In this document: positions 50,034-63,256 of the stretch, in pieces
Position numbering within the stretch: the first letter of the stretch is position 1
How the letters are laid out: each line of letters opens with the position of its first letter
Translations under genes and position numbers: made by a program
The notes under the pieces: model-generated
What the model was told of the DNA's origin: nothing
What the model saw: the letters and a program-made list of their open reading frames with translations, nothing else
The model's database searches: none
Source of the DNA: Trichosphaerium sp. ATCC 40318
Taxonomy: Eukaryota; Protista; Tubulinea
Assembly (NCBI GenBank): GCA_038496445.1
Contig: JALMLS010000577.1
Span: forward strand, 124,001 to 188,000
DNA length: 64,000 bases
Direction: 5' to 3'

Positions 50034-51694
50034 CTATAAGTCTCCCTGAAATTCATCGAGAATAGATTGCAATGCATTTGGACCAAGAGGTCGCCTGTTT
50101 CCGTCTAAAAGAAGTAAGTATAAGCATAATTTTTAATCAATGATTATTGCTTGTACCTGGACAATACCAATTTTTTTGTGCTGTTCTTTTTCCTTTTTGT
50201 GCAATAAGTTTATGATCAGCAAATTCTGTTAGTGCTTGTTTGAAATCTGTGGTTGAATGTACGGCAAACTGTGATTCGCATAACTCATAATATTCGCTTT
50301 CAGCGATGGATGTCTGTGTTGGATTGTCACGAAGATATTTTACAAGAAGCAAGAAAATACGCCTGAAATTACTCCTCAGAGAGTTCAGTACATAACTCAC
50401 ACCTAGATCGTCTTTGTTAGATTTTACCTATGGAAAAGGAATTGACGTACCCTTTCGTACTAGAGGGTTATTATGACTCGAAAATAATTGACCTTCGTAT
50501 GAGGTTTCTTTTGTGTATCTATCAAATGTCGGCATTGCATACCACAACCTGCATTAAAAATAAGTTTTTGGTGCATGATAGGCTCAATTTGGATTACCAA
50601 TTGAGCTGACTTTGCATCCTCGAATCCCACAACAGAGGTGAGTTTACAGTATCGACAGACGCTATCAAGTGTATTTGTGGTATCTCGCCAATATCAGCAA
50701 GGATGCCTTGTGCTGTTCTAGAATGCAATGATGGACCATCTATGTTATGTACAACGAGGTAAACGTGTTCAGGAACACCTATTCATAACAAAAGGTAAAC
50801 AACATGTACGCCATACCACCGCTCTTATCACGTGCCTTCAGTGCCACCATAATCTTTGAAAATGTTTGCAATCTAAAGTGGTAGGTGAGCATTAAACGCG
50901 CTTCAAAAGTTGGTGTACCCAACGACCACGCTCAACAAGTATGCGAGAGTTTGTTTCTTTGTTAAAGGGTAAGATGATACCTGTCAATTGATCCAAAATA
51001 TGCTTTATACTCAACGACGGGTAGTAGCCCTAGTCTCTTTTTTAGTTCTCTCCACAGTGTCAATAGACATAGATATCATCATCTGAATTACTTTATCGTA
51101 AACGTACATTAACGATGATTATCGGACCATCACTAAAAGTTTGACACATTTCTTCAATCATGCCCTTTTTTAAAAACAGTTAACGCGAGTGTTATGCAAA
51201 GTTCTTACCTTCTTTGAGCCAACGCCGTAAAACAGTAAGTTGAATCCTGATCTAATAAAGAAAAAAAAATAAGCACCACCTGATAATGTTGTACAACGTG
51301 ATATAAAACGTACTTTAGTAGCGCTGTCCACTTGCTGAAACAAGCGCGATTCTTGTTTTTCAAAAAATCTAAGTTATGTTTTGTACGCAACACCGAGACC
51401 TCTTTGTGCATTTCCTATTGTTCAGTAAGCTTTAATTGAAACGGTCTGACAATAATCATTTTTTGAAAAAATATTTAATCAGTTTAGGCGGGAATGTACT
51501 TCTATGCCCATATAATCGAGCGACGAGTGCTCACTGGTGGGTTTTCGTCGTCTTGCTTGCGTGTGTGAAAAATAATCATCCTCTTGATCTGAAGAGGTGC
51601 CAGATATGTCCCATTTGTCGTAGAACTGAAAATCTACTTCAGATGAGCTGCTGTCTACAACAACCACATCTTCTATTTCCTCGTTTTCTGACAT
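50034..51694 (-). CDS. ORC2: Origin recognition complex subunit 2
   Basis: GFNLLFYGVGSK, VVHNIDGPSL, IHLIASVD...LLWD, YTKETSYE, LTEFADHKLI. Confidence 0.93.
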
Positions 51695-51785
51695 GGTAAC
51701 AGAGTCTCAGTGACAACGCTAGAACAACAACGCGTTTTTTGTACATAATGCCTTAAACAGCTTAAGGTCCAAACAATCAGACGTG

Positions 51786-53484
51786 ATGACCTGGTGGCTG
51801 GTGCCATGCGCGGCTGTAGTGCTATACGTACTTTATTACTTCGTATTTCTGGTGTCTAAAGTACAATTGTTCTACACGAGCACAGAAAACAACAAAAAGC
51901 TTCTTGATAATGCCCCTCTGCTAAAAGGGACGTATTGGAACAGCATATGGATGTTCTCGAATCACTTGCAATGTATCGCCGCGACTCAGTTTAAGAAGAT
52001 GAAAGAGCACAAATACGAAAGGTATGGCGTCAACTGGCGATAAATACAAGCGCTAATTCGGCGACAGTGTTGCTATAGTGACGGAACACGATGGAGCCAC
52101 GCTACACCTCGATTTCTTACCAGAGACGGCGGAATGCACAAAAACAACACCAGTTGTGCTTATCATTCCCGGTTTAACCGGTCACAGGTACCTTACAGCG
52201 TTTGGTACCTACATAGCGTCGTCTGCGAGCGTGTTTGGTTGTTTTAAGGTGTTTTCATTTAACCTACAGCGTTCAATGACACTTTCGCTCACTTTAGCCA
52301 TTAGTAACAGCCTGTACATGGTTTCTATTGTCAAAGAGTTTCAAAAGTACGGCTGGCGCTGTGCTGTGTACAGTCAACCTGGCATGAATGACAGGAACCC
52401 ATACGTGACTGTGCGTGCGAGCACGCGTTTTTTTTTTCATTTTGGTTGGACAAAATGTTGTTGACACCTGTCAAAATGTTAGGCTCCAAGATTTCTTCGT
52501 GGGATAGATTCCAAGGATTTTGAGGCTATAGTGGGGTCTGTACAAGACCGATACCCAGATGCACCTATATATGCTGCTGCATTTTCAATGGGAGCCAATC
52601 TTCTAACAAACTATTTGGCTGACCAAGGTGAAAATGCACCAATCAAGGCTGCAATCTCAATGTCAAATCCTTTTGATATTTCCAAGGTACAAAAACCCGC
52701 TCAGTCTATTTTTTTCACGTTGAACAAAAATGGGGTTGTTCGTTAATGTTTTGATAGTGCTCTGCTTGGCTTGCATCGAGCTCTTTACGCAGGTTCGTGT
52801 ACGATGGACATTTTGTAAGAATTTTCAACAAGGCGCTCATCAGGTACACCATTAAACTATCATTGAGTAATGCCTGTGACTTACATCATATATAGAAACA
52901 TTGACGTTTTTAAACGGATAATTCCTGATCTGACGGTTGAGCAGATTAAGGGCGTACGTCACGTGCTTTATGTTGATATTGCAAAGTCTTAGATGTCTTT
53001 AGATTAAATGTACATATGATTTTGACAATGTCATTACCACCAAAGTATTCAAAACAAAAACACCAGAAGATTACTACAACATAGCAAGTTCATTCAACAA
53101 GATCGATAAAATAAAAGTACCTGTACGTCACACGCACAAACACCATTTTGATTGCAAACCAAAGATTTTAATACTGTTTTTTTTAGATGCTCTTTCTACA
53201 GTCTATGGATGACCCTGTTGTTCCTTTCTTCAATGTGGTACCTATTGAAGCCATAACAAAAAATGAGCACTGTATACTAGCAGCGACCAGAACAGGTGGC
53301 CACACAGGTACATACATTTATACCAGATTGTAAAACCAGCGTGAATCTTTTTATTGTTTGTTATGGTGTTAACACGACTATTATTATAGGATGGCTTGAA
53401 GGAGTTTTTGCATTCCATAATACAAGTTGGTGCGATAAAGTTGCAAGACAGTTCCTAGAAGCTCACCACAAGACATGCCAGTAA
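51786..53484 (+). CDS. ABHD1/3 (YheT/Eht1)-like alpha/beta hydrolase with N-terminal TM anchor
   Basis: HLQC, DGATLHLD, IIPGLTG, FSMGANLLTNYL, SMDDPVV, GGHTGWLEG. Confidence 0.9.
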
Positions 53485-53585
53485 TTACAAAAAAAATGTA
53501 CAAAAATAAAGAAAAACTGCAAATAGGAAATTAGCAGCTTTGAAGTCATGTTATATCTTCTCCTTTTGTCAAGTATTTTTTAAAT

Positions 53586-54486
53586 CTATTTGGTTGTATT
53601 GGTGGTGGTGGTGGTGGTGGTACTTGTGGTTGTACTGGTTTCGATAGGAGGTGTATTTTCTTTAGGGATTTTGTTTTGAATTTGAGCTTCGTTTTCAAAT
53701 TTTACTGTCGCTGGTTCTTTCTTCTTTACAACAACAGCTGTCCCATATGCTTTATTATATATGAACACACCAGCTGTAGGATCAGATGTTGCTGAATCCT
53801 CAAACCTAGAAGTTGTAGGAGTTAGTTAACACCCATGGAGAGAAAACGTTTTCTACCTTAAACCCACTACTGCATTTGCATCCCTTTCATACGCTTCTCT
53901 TTGCAAGGCTTCAATTGCATCTATAAGTCCACGTGTTAATTGCAAACGCACGTGGTGCTTTATTCTACGCATAAGCTTTTTAGTACCTTTACTGACACGT
54001 GCACCTAAAGTGCCGTATGACTCTGCTTCTCCTCCAAAAAAGCCTCTAACACGAGCTATTCCCAGGTTTAGTGAAATTTAATTTATCAAAAATTCAAAAT
54101 AGGCCGAGCTCACTGAGCAAATACGATCAGAAACGTACTCCATAGATCGTTAAAGAACGATACTGCTCCTGCTGAACTCCCAATAATTACACCTAGCTCT
54201 TGATCAACTGTATAACCTTCAATATACTCTCCTTTAATAAAGTTAGCAGAGTGCACGCGTATAAGGCCTTCTTACTGGTTGATAACATTACTCGTCTATG
54301 GGGAGACCTTACAAGTGATGTAAATGGTTTTTGATCATCTTTAGTATCTGTTTTAGTGCTTTGTAACCGTATTTGGCGTTTCGGTTGAGTTTTAGATACA
54401 CGTAATCCACGAACACCAAAATTGGCTTTACGTGACCATTGGTTATGCGTGGATGTCCAACCAAGTGCTAATCTTGGTGTTAGCAT
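53586..54486 (-). CDS. YbjQ/UPF0145 domain protein with presequence-like N-terminus
   Basis: RGFFGGEAESY, AIEALQREAYERDANAVVGLRFE, AYGTAVVV. Confidence 0.85.
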
Positions 54487-54667
54487 GCTGTACACCGTTT
54501 ATAAAAGTTAAGTACAGAAAATAGCGGTCAAACAATTGTCAATCCGTTTAGTCAGCTCTGTGAGCTCTAATATTGACGAACGTGAGATAGAGAAAGCACG
54601 TGTGGATATAAGAAAGTTTATTGTACATGGTTGTCAATGAAACAAAGACAGATTGATTCAATGAATA

Positions 54668-55123
54668 TTAAAAGCCTCCTAACGATGTGTTCACTCCCAA
54701 TGACACCAAATAGTGCTTGTATTTAGACCAAGCTTCTGTTGGAAGTAGTTTGTAGGATGGAAAGGGGCCGTTATCTATTATGAGGTTGTAGGCACGTGTG
54801 TGCAATTTAAGAAGGTGTGCACTGATACGAAAGTTAACATCTTCTGAAACTTCCAAGTATTTGTCTGTAGCATTGTCAAGCAATATTAAAGTCACCAACT
54901 TAGATATATGTAATGAGTGGTTCTTAATACTAGATAAAAGAATTAGCTATCTAGACCAAGCGAATCTACTTCAAAAGTCGGCGTACAGGTTCCATTTGTT
55001 AGATTGAATATGTGTTGCGTCAAGACGTTTATGCAATGAAGTTGGTTCACCCTCAGGTTTTTTGGTAGTTTCGATATGTGTTGCTGGCAAGCGAATGTGT
55101 ATTCTTCTGGTTGCAGTTTGCAT
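54668..55123 (-). CDS. Divergent intron-containing member of the small unknown family
   Basis: Removing intron 54930-54986 gives NKWNLIKNHSLH..LILLD...FPSYKLLPTEAWSKYKHYLVSL, similar to the paralogs. Confidence 0.55.
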
Positions 55124-55591
55124 TTCTGTTGGAGTTGTTGTTTTCTATGTTGTAGTCAAGTTGAATTGCTTTGTTTTCCTGGCCTTTCTGTCAAGAAAAC
55201 TTAGTTGTTTTCATTCAATCTTCTTTGTGTATCAATCAATTCTAAAGGTGGCTCTACACAAATTAATGTTCCAATGAGTTCGATAGCATAGAATGATTTG
55301 CAGTGAGGTAATATTTTACACGTGATAGAGAGTTACATCAATCAGAGAAAAATGTCTTTCGATCATGAATCAATCAGAAGGTTGCTAGCCCTGAGTGAAC
55401 TTGAAAAGTGGCTTATGTACGTAAGAATATCTCAAAAGCGCACGATTTATTGGTGTATAAAGGTGAATTAAAGTAGCAAAAGCAACAGAAGATAATACCC
55501 TTACGGCAGAAACATTAAATATGATTAATTTTTTTTATTTGTTTAATATTGGTTTCACTAAATTGCTGTTGTACAAGTTCTGTTGCTGCCT

Positions 55592-56095
55592 TTATAACTG
55601 TTTAGTTAACAAACACAACACGTAGTTGGTGTATGCTGCACGAGAAGACTCAGGGAAGCAGTGTCTTGGAGGGAATGCAGTTGTCTCAACCATCTCGTTA
55701 GCGTCTCCGAACATAGAGATCATTTTTTCGGATTCTGATCCATCTGCGTAATCCGCGAGTGCAAAAGCCATGAGAATCTTATTGTGAAGAACTTTATCTT
55801 GAATTAGATGCCATTCATTTGGTTTTGGCCATGAGACGTCATTGTTGATTGATTTTTGTTTGGTGGAGTTTTTTCCTTGGTGGTTGCTTGATCGTAAAAT
55901 TCTACGGAGCATATCTTTGCTTTTGAGTGAAAGTCGTCGCGTTAACCGTTTTTGGCGATTGTCAGCTTTTGACGTGTTCTCTTTCATCTTTTGAGCGCGT
56001 TCTACGTCCTCTGTAAAGGTGACGCAGCTTTTACGTTTGTTCAAGCTTTGTTTTGTTGCGGATGTAGTAGCTTTGTTAAGACTCCTTTTAAACAT
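55592..56095 (-). CDS. Intronless member of the small unknown family (basic N-terminus)
   Basis: Open ORF from ATG 56095: INNDVSWPKPNEWHLIQDKVLH...FPPRHCFPESSRAAYTNYV. Confidence 0.7.
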   Translation of the reverse strand: MFKRSLNKATTSATKQSLNKRKSCVTFTEDVERAQKMKENTSKADNRQKRLTRRLSLKSKDMLRRILRSSNHQGKNSTKQKSINNDVSWPKPNEWHLIQDKVLHNKILMAFALADYADGSESEKMISMFGDANEMVETTAFPPRHCFPESSRAAYTNYVLCLLTKQL

Positions 56096-56497
56096 TGTAA
56101 GATATTGTTGAGTTGATGTGTATGTGGTTGGGGTTGATAAATAATGCCATTCGTCCCATGATTGATTTTGTAAACTCGAAATCAATCTTTTGCTGAATAC
56201 GTGGTTTTTGCCCTTAAAATCTTGTTAGCATAGTTCCTGATTGATGTGATACGTTAACAAGGCTTCATTTGCGTTATCTCCACTCGATACAAGCATATTC
56301 GGGGTGATTGAAAACCAAACGTTTTGTTGATTGAGAATAAAAACTCAAGTCAGATTTTTGGCTTACCGAAACAGTAATTGTTAACAGGGACTTTAAGTTG
56401 ATACGTATTCGTTCAATGCTGAAGCGACTGTGAACAATAGTCCAAAGCTGTAAATAAAAGTACTCAAAATCAATCAAAAGGACTAGTAAAAACCGTT

Positions 56498-58138
56498 ATG
56501 GCGCATCAATCAAAAAAACCCTACGCTGCAAGAAAGGAAAATAAAAGTCTATTATCTCTACCACTTGAGATTACAGCTAAAATATGCTCTGAGCTATGCG
56601 ATATTGATCTCTTCGCGATATATTGCACCTCTTCCCTCTTTGTGAGCATTATAAGAGATATTATTGGTTTTCGCTCTGCTAGAGTTCCTTCCGTTGATTA
56701 TGCGACCCGTATGAGACAATACGACGGATTCAGATGCTACACAGAGATGATTTATTGTATACCGGCGCTAGAAGACGAACCGGCATCGCTTGAGGCATTT
56801 TCAGGGTTTCAAAGGATTAGTTTTGATGACTTTACGCAAGTAAAGGAGGATGAAGACTACGAGGATCCTGTAGTGGAAGTAAATGACGATAACATACGAT
56901 TTTTATCTGGCGTTCAAGCACTTGACTTGACTGCAACAGAGTGTATTGTGACAGACGAAGGACTGCGTCATATTGCCGGAGTCAAAGATTTATCAATCAA
57001 TAGCCAATCCATAACCGGATCTGGATTTGTTCATCTTGAGGGTATACAAAAACTTAGATTGGGTACTTGGACTGTCCCTGTATCTCCCAAGTTTCTGCTG
57101 GGACTAGAGAAGCTGAATGTAAACGCAACTGAGTATATTACAGATGAGAATATAAAGTATCTTTCAAACTTAAAAAGTTTGACTTTTTTCAGGCTTCCAA
57201 ATGTGAGTGAAAAGGGCTTTAAACATTTAGTTAACCTCAAAGATTTGACTCTTATTGGTAATAATACCTTCACAGAAGACTGCTTTAAGTATATGACAAA
57301 CCTGGAATCACTGGAACTGAACAGTACTTCATTCACTGACGATTGCTTCAAGCACTTGACAAATCTTAAAAAAATTGACTTGGTGGTAAACACAAACATT
57401 ACAGCCAAGGCGTTTCAACACCTCCAACACCTTGAGGAAGTCAGCGTAATGTTTTCATCAGCACTGAAAATGGATTGTTTTAAGTATATGTCTGGTGTTA
57501 GAACAATCAGTACTACAGGCAATGAAGGTACTATGCCATATGACAAGTGTTTAACCTACTTTGGTGTTGGTAGTATCAAAGAATGTCATTTTTCTTACGC
57601 AAGAGGGCTAACATCAGAAGGAATAAAGTACCTCGCTGGTGCCCACACTATCGATATACCTGGATCATCCCTTGACGATGAAGCCTTGAAATGTCTGTCA
57701 GGTGTTGACACAATAATATTAAACAGTTGCAAAAACATTACCGACGAAGGACTAAAGTACATTTGTGGTGCGAGCCATGTTTCTTTGAATAGCACAAATA
57801 TAACCGACAACGGACTGAAGCACCTCTCTCGTGTGTATCATGTTCATCTTAAAGATGTTTCAGGTATAACAAACGAGGGTATGAAGTATCTCAAGAGCGT
57901 CCGAGTGTTATCGATTGGGTACACTTCTATTGGTGATTTGGGTTTATCCTATTTGAATTTTCCTCCCCTTTATAGCATCAACGTAATGTTCACTCCAGTC
58001 ACTGCTGAAGGAATTAAGATGTTGGCTGGTGTACCTTTTATCACTTGTGTTGAAAGTATTGGCGATACTATACCAAAGAGTTGCATGGGAAAGTCAAGTT
58101 TGAGGACAGTACCAGACTCATTTGGAGGCCCATTTTAG
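56498..58138 (+). CDS. Intronless F-box / leucine-rich repeat protein
   Basis: LLSLPLEITAKICSEL (F-box) followed by many ~22-24 aa repeats ending ITDEGLKYL-like; single 546-aa ORF. Confidence 0.9.
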   Translation: MAHQSKKPYAARKENKSLLSLPLEITAKICSELCDIDLFAIYCTSSLFVSIIRDIIGFRSARVPSVDYATRMRQYDGFRCYTEMIYCIPALEDEPASLEAFSGFQRISFDDFTQVKEDEDYEDPVVEVNDDNIRFLSGVQALDLTATECIVTDEGLRHIAGVKDLSINSQSITGSGFVHLEGIQKLRLGTWTVPVSPKFLLGLEKLNVNATEYITDENIKYLSNLKSLTFFRLPNVSEKGFKHLVNLKDLTLIGNNTFTEDCFKYMTNLESLELNSTSFTDDCFKHLTNLKKIDLVVNTNITAKAFQHLQHLEEVSVMFSSALKMDCFKYMSGVRTISTTGNEGTMPYDKCLTYFGVGSIKECHFSYARGLTSEGIKYLAGAHTIDIPGSSLDDEALKCLSGVDTIILNSCKNITDEGLKYICGASHVSLNSTNITDNGLKHLSRVYHVHLKDVSGITNEGMKYLKSVRVLSIGYTSIGDLGLSYLNFPPLYSINVMFTPVTAEGIKMLAGVPFITCVESIGDTIPKSCMGKSSLRTVPDSFGGPF

Positions 58139-58374
58139 AATAATTATTTTGCACGTGCTCCTCTATGTGCACTCAAAAATGTAAGGGACAGAATAAAAGA
58201 AGCAACAATAATGTAACGTTTAAAAGAATCCAAAAATGACTTGTCAAAAATTGCCGTTAACTGCCGTTAACTTTTCTTCAAACGTAGTTCTAATCAATTC
58301 ACGGAAAGCAGTGTAAACCCAAGAACGCGTAAATATACTGCTATTATTATTCACCACGATAGGTGTTCTGATTT

Positions 58375-61119
58375 TTACATGTTATTGAACTCTTCTAAAT
58401 CCAAGTCATCATCGCTAATTTCCCAGTCTACATCTGCTGCTTCTGTCTTCATTTCAGTTATACCAGATACATCTTCAAGGTAGTCTGGTCGCAATAGAGC
58501 CTTAAGGACGAACTCAAAGCCTTTTGTGTTGTATTCATTCAAAATCTAATCAGAAATTAATAAGAAAATGGACACAACATTTTCTGAAAAGCTCTTAATT
58601 ACCGTGTCAGAGCAAGCCACACATTTATCATATGCGTGTCCATGTATAACCATATTTTGATAGTGTGATAAGAACCCTCTGACTTGATGAGGCACCTGAA
58701 TAACTTAGTTAAAAACCAATAACTTGGCTGGTAATCCAGAAAACTAGCGCACCATTCCAAGTTCAGTTGAAGTCTGCTCTGACAACTCTTTCTTTTGCTC
58801 AGCAGGAGCTAGAGCCCTTGTTTCACTATATTAGCAATGTAACATAATTATAGCAAGAGGGTACCCTTTAGGGTGGCACCACACTGACACCGCCAATTCA
58901 GAAGCCATTGCCGAAGTGATAAAACTCAACCCAGGTCTAGTTACAGTACACTGCCTATCAAGTGTCCTACTCGTCAGCGACTAATTCCATGTTAACCACA
59001 AAGTAACACGACTTGAGTAATACAATATAGAACGTACATCACGTGGCGCAACTACGTCATTGCAAAAATAGCAACCCAAGCGAGTGTAGTCCTTGGCACC
59101 TGTTTTGTTTGGTAAACCATGCCTCATAACAACAAACGTATCAAATCCCATGGCAGCGTTGATTGCAAGCTTGTTATGGAATTGACAGAGAAGTGTAGGT
59201 AACCAACGAGCTTCACGTGAATCCAAGAGAAGAAATACAACATCATGTTCTTGTATAAGCTTGGATAGATCTTTTTCTGTCTTTTTCAATACTTCTTTTT
59301 CTTTTTCTGATTCAGCGTGATGTCCAGGCATTGGTATCATCATCTCTACACCTTTAGCGTCCTATATTGGCTACTATTAGCTGTATATGAAGCGGTTATT
59401 ACTTACAAGATCAGGGAAGATCTTTTGGAGCATGCTAGCAGCTGCTATAGCTTTTGGTCTACCGCCGTTAAGACAGTCTTCATACGTGAAAAGAGTTTGT
59501 CTAACTGGATTCGAAAACGAAACTTTACCGCTGTCCACGAGTGTTATTTTCCGTACACCCCATGACTAATGCTGTGAGCGGATATTATAAAGTTATTGAA
59601 TAAGCTATACCATTAGAGAACGTGCAACATTACATCCCAAGGTACCAGCACCAAGCAAAAGGCATTTCATCTTTGAAATTTTCTCTAGTTCCAAACCAGG
59701 TAGGATTTGCCATCGCATCAGCTTCAAGTTCAAATCTACTGCGTTTGCTGCGAGCCTATATATTGTGTTAGTTTTCCACCTATCATTTGTTGCTAGAGAA
59801 TCCTTCTGCGCACTTTTTTGGGTCCATTGTCTGCCCAAGGTTCATGTATTTTGGCTTCAACTTTCCTTTGCTTCGCTCCCACCCATACACTTTTGGTTGC
59901 TCGTTAGGATCACCTAACGTATATTAGTCACTATAGTTATTGTAATAAAGATAATTGCGTACTTTTAGACATTGTAATGTATGACACACGAGACATTGAA
60001 ATATCTTTGTTGTTCCGCCTATAGTTGCTGTTAAGACAGCAATTATTGTATTGCTGTGGGTTACCTATTCACGCGATATGCGATGATATTGACGTCCGTA
60101 ACACCCCATTTTGTTGACAATAGATACAATAGATTCCTTAGAGGCCAGCTAGCATTTTTTTCTTTACCACATGGATCAGCAAATGAAACAAAGCACTGAA
60201 TAATTCGCATTAGTTTTAGATTAGAAGGTGTTCAAATAGTTACCTCTTCGCCAGGATTCCAGTACTCATCCCACTCACTCAATTGTCCAACAGTTACTTT
60301 ACCATCTTTACTCTTACGTACAATGGTTACTGAAACGCCCTTATCAACAAAGGATTGCATTTGTTGATGATATGAAGATACCTTAAAAAAAATCAAGTTA
60401 GAAACTTTCAATTCTCAACTTGTATCACGTGCTTCAGACTCATTGAATACTGTCGAAAGCGAAACTGTAGGTTTGCTTAGTTTTGCAGCACTTGTAGAAG
60501 AAGCTAAAGCAGGAAATGCAAACCTTATAAAGTAAGTACTTGACGTGTCAACGAGCAGAGCGCAAAGTTAGTTGGTACCAATAGTAAAACTGGAATTTCT
60601 TCAAGTTGGCATAAGTAATTACAACAAAGCGGTTAAGAAGCGCTGTGTTTGTTATGGCAGCACCAGATTTAATATCAGCTAGTATCTAAAGAGCGTAAGT
60701 AAGCGATTGGATGAGTTTTGGGATTAAACGAATTCTCAAATTCATAAGGCTTCATTTTAGGCAGTACTTTATTTCCTTCAGCGTTTAGTAGGCTTGTTTT
60801 ATCGAGCTTTTTAAAGTCGTCGAGAGTGTTGGTGTTGATAAGGCTTCCTTTCATAGGAATATGGCCTAGCGGAGCTCTGAGCCAGGTGTTAATTCATTGT
60901 AGGTGCGAATATTCGTAACTGAAAGTTTTCAGCGTTAAACGCTTCTGTGGTAACAAATGCGCACGGTGGGAGCTCTTGCGCTACATTTGGCGTATAGTAG
61001 GCTCCCAGTGGCACTGCGTCATCTTTGAGTTTGTAGACATCAAGCTTCTTCGATACTAGTTCGTGCCAGAAGCCAATATCAACTGTACTAATAAAAGACT
61101 CGTATTTAACTTGTGACAT
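58375..61119 (-). CDS. ATG7: Autophagy E1-like enzyme Atg7
   Basis: [81 protein letters not shown]. Confidence 0.97.
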
Positions 61120-61218
61120 GGCGTTGTTAACCAGTTTGGTAGTAAAGTAAAATTCACACATACCGCTGTTGACTTTAGAAACCATCTGTACAACTTATTA
61201 CAACGTGGGGATGTAACG

Positions 61219-63160
61219 ATGATACATTGTTTGTTTTATTCAGAGTTTGATAACGCTCGTGGGCCCAAATTACATGTACAGGTACTAAGATAGCTTAAAA
61301 TCGTATTTCGTTTATAACTAACGCATGTAGGCACCTGACAAGTACATAAATAGTCAAAATGTTCTTTGACGCTCATAAATCACTTAGTTTCATTGCCACA
61401 GAGCTTTTTGATCGCATATCTGAGTTCTTAATAACAGGCGAGAATTTATGTGGCAAACTTATCACACTGTACGTCACAACAGTTATGAGTAGACCACTCA
61501 TTCGCTCAGCAAAATGCCATCGATGTTCAGCACAACATTTGCAACGCCAGACGATGCCAAAGACATCAAGACACTGGCTGTACGCCTACCAGTCTACAAC
61601 CACGATATATTGACTGTGCCAACAGCAGGCAAACAAAGAACAGGGATGCATAATCGTGGGCTGCCCGATCTACCTAAAATCTCCAGAATACAAGCGTAAC
61701 GCCTTCCATTTTAATGTTGCTGCTGTCATCTCAGGTGCGAACAGAATCTCAAATCCTGAGGATTAAAGTCAGTTCTAGGCACTGAAGAGGAGCGTAGGAC
61801 ATTCACGCCCGTGCTGCGAAAGGTAAGTGACCTAAAATAGGAATGTATTAAGATTGACAATGGATGCACAGCTAGGATTCTTTTTTACTCACATGGAACT
61901 CTTCAATAAATTTCTATCTCAAAATCCGACCAAAGAGAATGTCAAACGAATATTTACTACAATGCTTCATGATCTAAACACAAAAGGTACTAAAATAAAT
62001 GTTACAGTACCTCCACTGTTTTTGCTTCACAAACAAAGAAAGTCATTGACTTAACTTTTTGAACTTCAGGGTCTACTATGATTGATATTAAACCCCATGA
62101 TACTCTGCATTTTAAACTTATAGAACGACATGATACACCAAAGGAGGTACTTACATAGCTCCCCTCTCACTAGAGGTAAGATAGTAATTTGTTCTTCAAA
62201 CAGGTTTTCGAGTATGAAGTCCCAGTACCATTGGTTGACTTGCACAGTCTGGTAGGATCGTCATGGGATCTTGTTATCATAAAGGTAATGTCCATTCTCT
62301 TTTTTTTGTTTATGATCACGTGCTTATGAGTCTATTTATAGCTTGTAAAATACATAGATGGCATAAACCATGTCAAAAAGATAGCCAGCTTGGCTGATGT
62401 GCAGATTGATATTGCAAAGAATGCGATAGCTCACCTTCTTTACTACGAACTCGTCTCGATGGTTGATCTCTTCCAGTATACTAACATGTATGCTATTACG
62501 CCTAAGATTAGATTGTTGGCAAATGACCACAAGATGCAAGCAGAATGCGTCCGTTTAGTAGCAAAGGATCGTAAGTATTCATATTATCGTCATTTTTCTT
62601 ACCTTGCCAAAATAGCCGAGTCACCTCCCAAGTTCTCAAAGGTATTCTCTCTGTACTGCGCTTTAAAGCCTGGTAAACCTCTCAAGAACTTTGCAAAGGA
62701 GCACGCACCAGCTAATGCGAATGTTGATCTCAGGTCAGTTGGAGACATTGGTTTGTTTTGCTTTTTATACTGACATCCTCACTTTAGGAGTTTAATAACA
62801 TTTGGTGTCATGAACGGATTACTAAGGCGTATTCAATTGTACGACATTATCCATCTTTCTTTTTCAGTAGTGTAACCACCGTAGGTACCCTCTTTCATTG
62901 TCGAACCTGATACGCATTGGAGACCCTTCAGTAGACTCAGCAATACCTAACGTTGAAGAGTACGTTTCCTGTTTTTATTGCAATACAAAAAAATAAGATT
63001 GTCTGTGCTCCAGCAATGTTTAACATTCGCTAGGCTCATCGATGGTCAACACTGCTTTGATGAGATATGTTGTAAACTTAATCTATCCTACATGCGCGCA
63101 GCTACCCATTTCGGATACACGCTAGGAAGGTGACTACCCTTCATCATTGTAACTGTATAA
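61219..63160 (+). CDS. NPRL2: GATOR1 subunit NPRL2/Npr2
   Basis: FYSEFDNARGPK, LCGKLIT, YKRNAFHFN, WDLVI, YIDGINHVKKI, DLFQYTNMY, DGQHCFDEIC. The exact stop is uncertain (63133 or slightly later). Confidence 0.92.
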
Positions 63161-63256
63161 AACACCATTGTATTGAGTTTGAGGTTCCCTTAAATTTACG
63201 AAGGCCGGCGCTGTTGTTGACTGTCAAATAATTCGTTTATATTCCAATTACACAAC

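Noticed and set aside
26816-63160. A window-wide TOR/autophagy gene cluster (PTEN, AGC kinase, EI24, ATG7, NPRL2)
   Set aside because: The genes are interspersed with many unrelated ones; only the directly adjacent pairs are worth testing.
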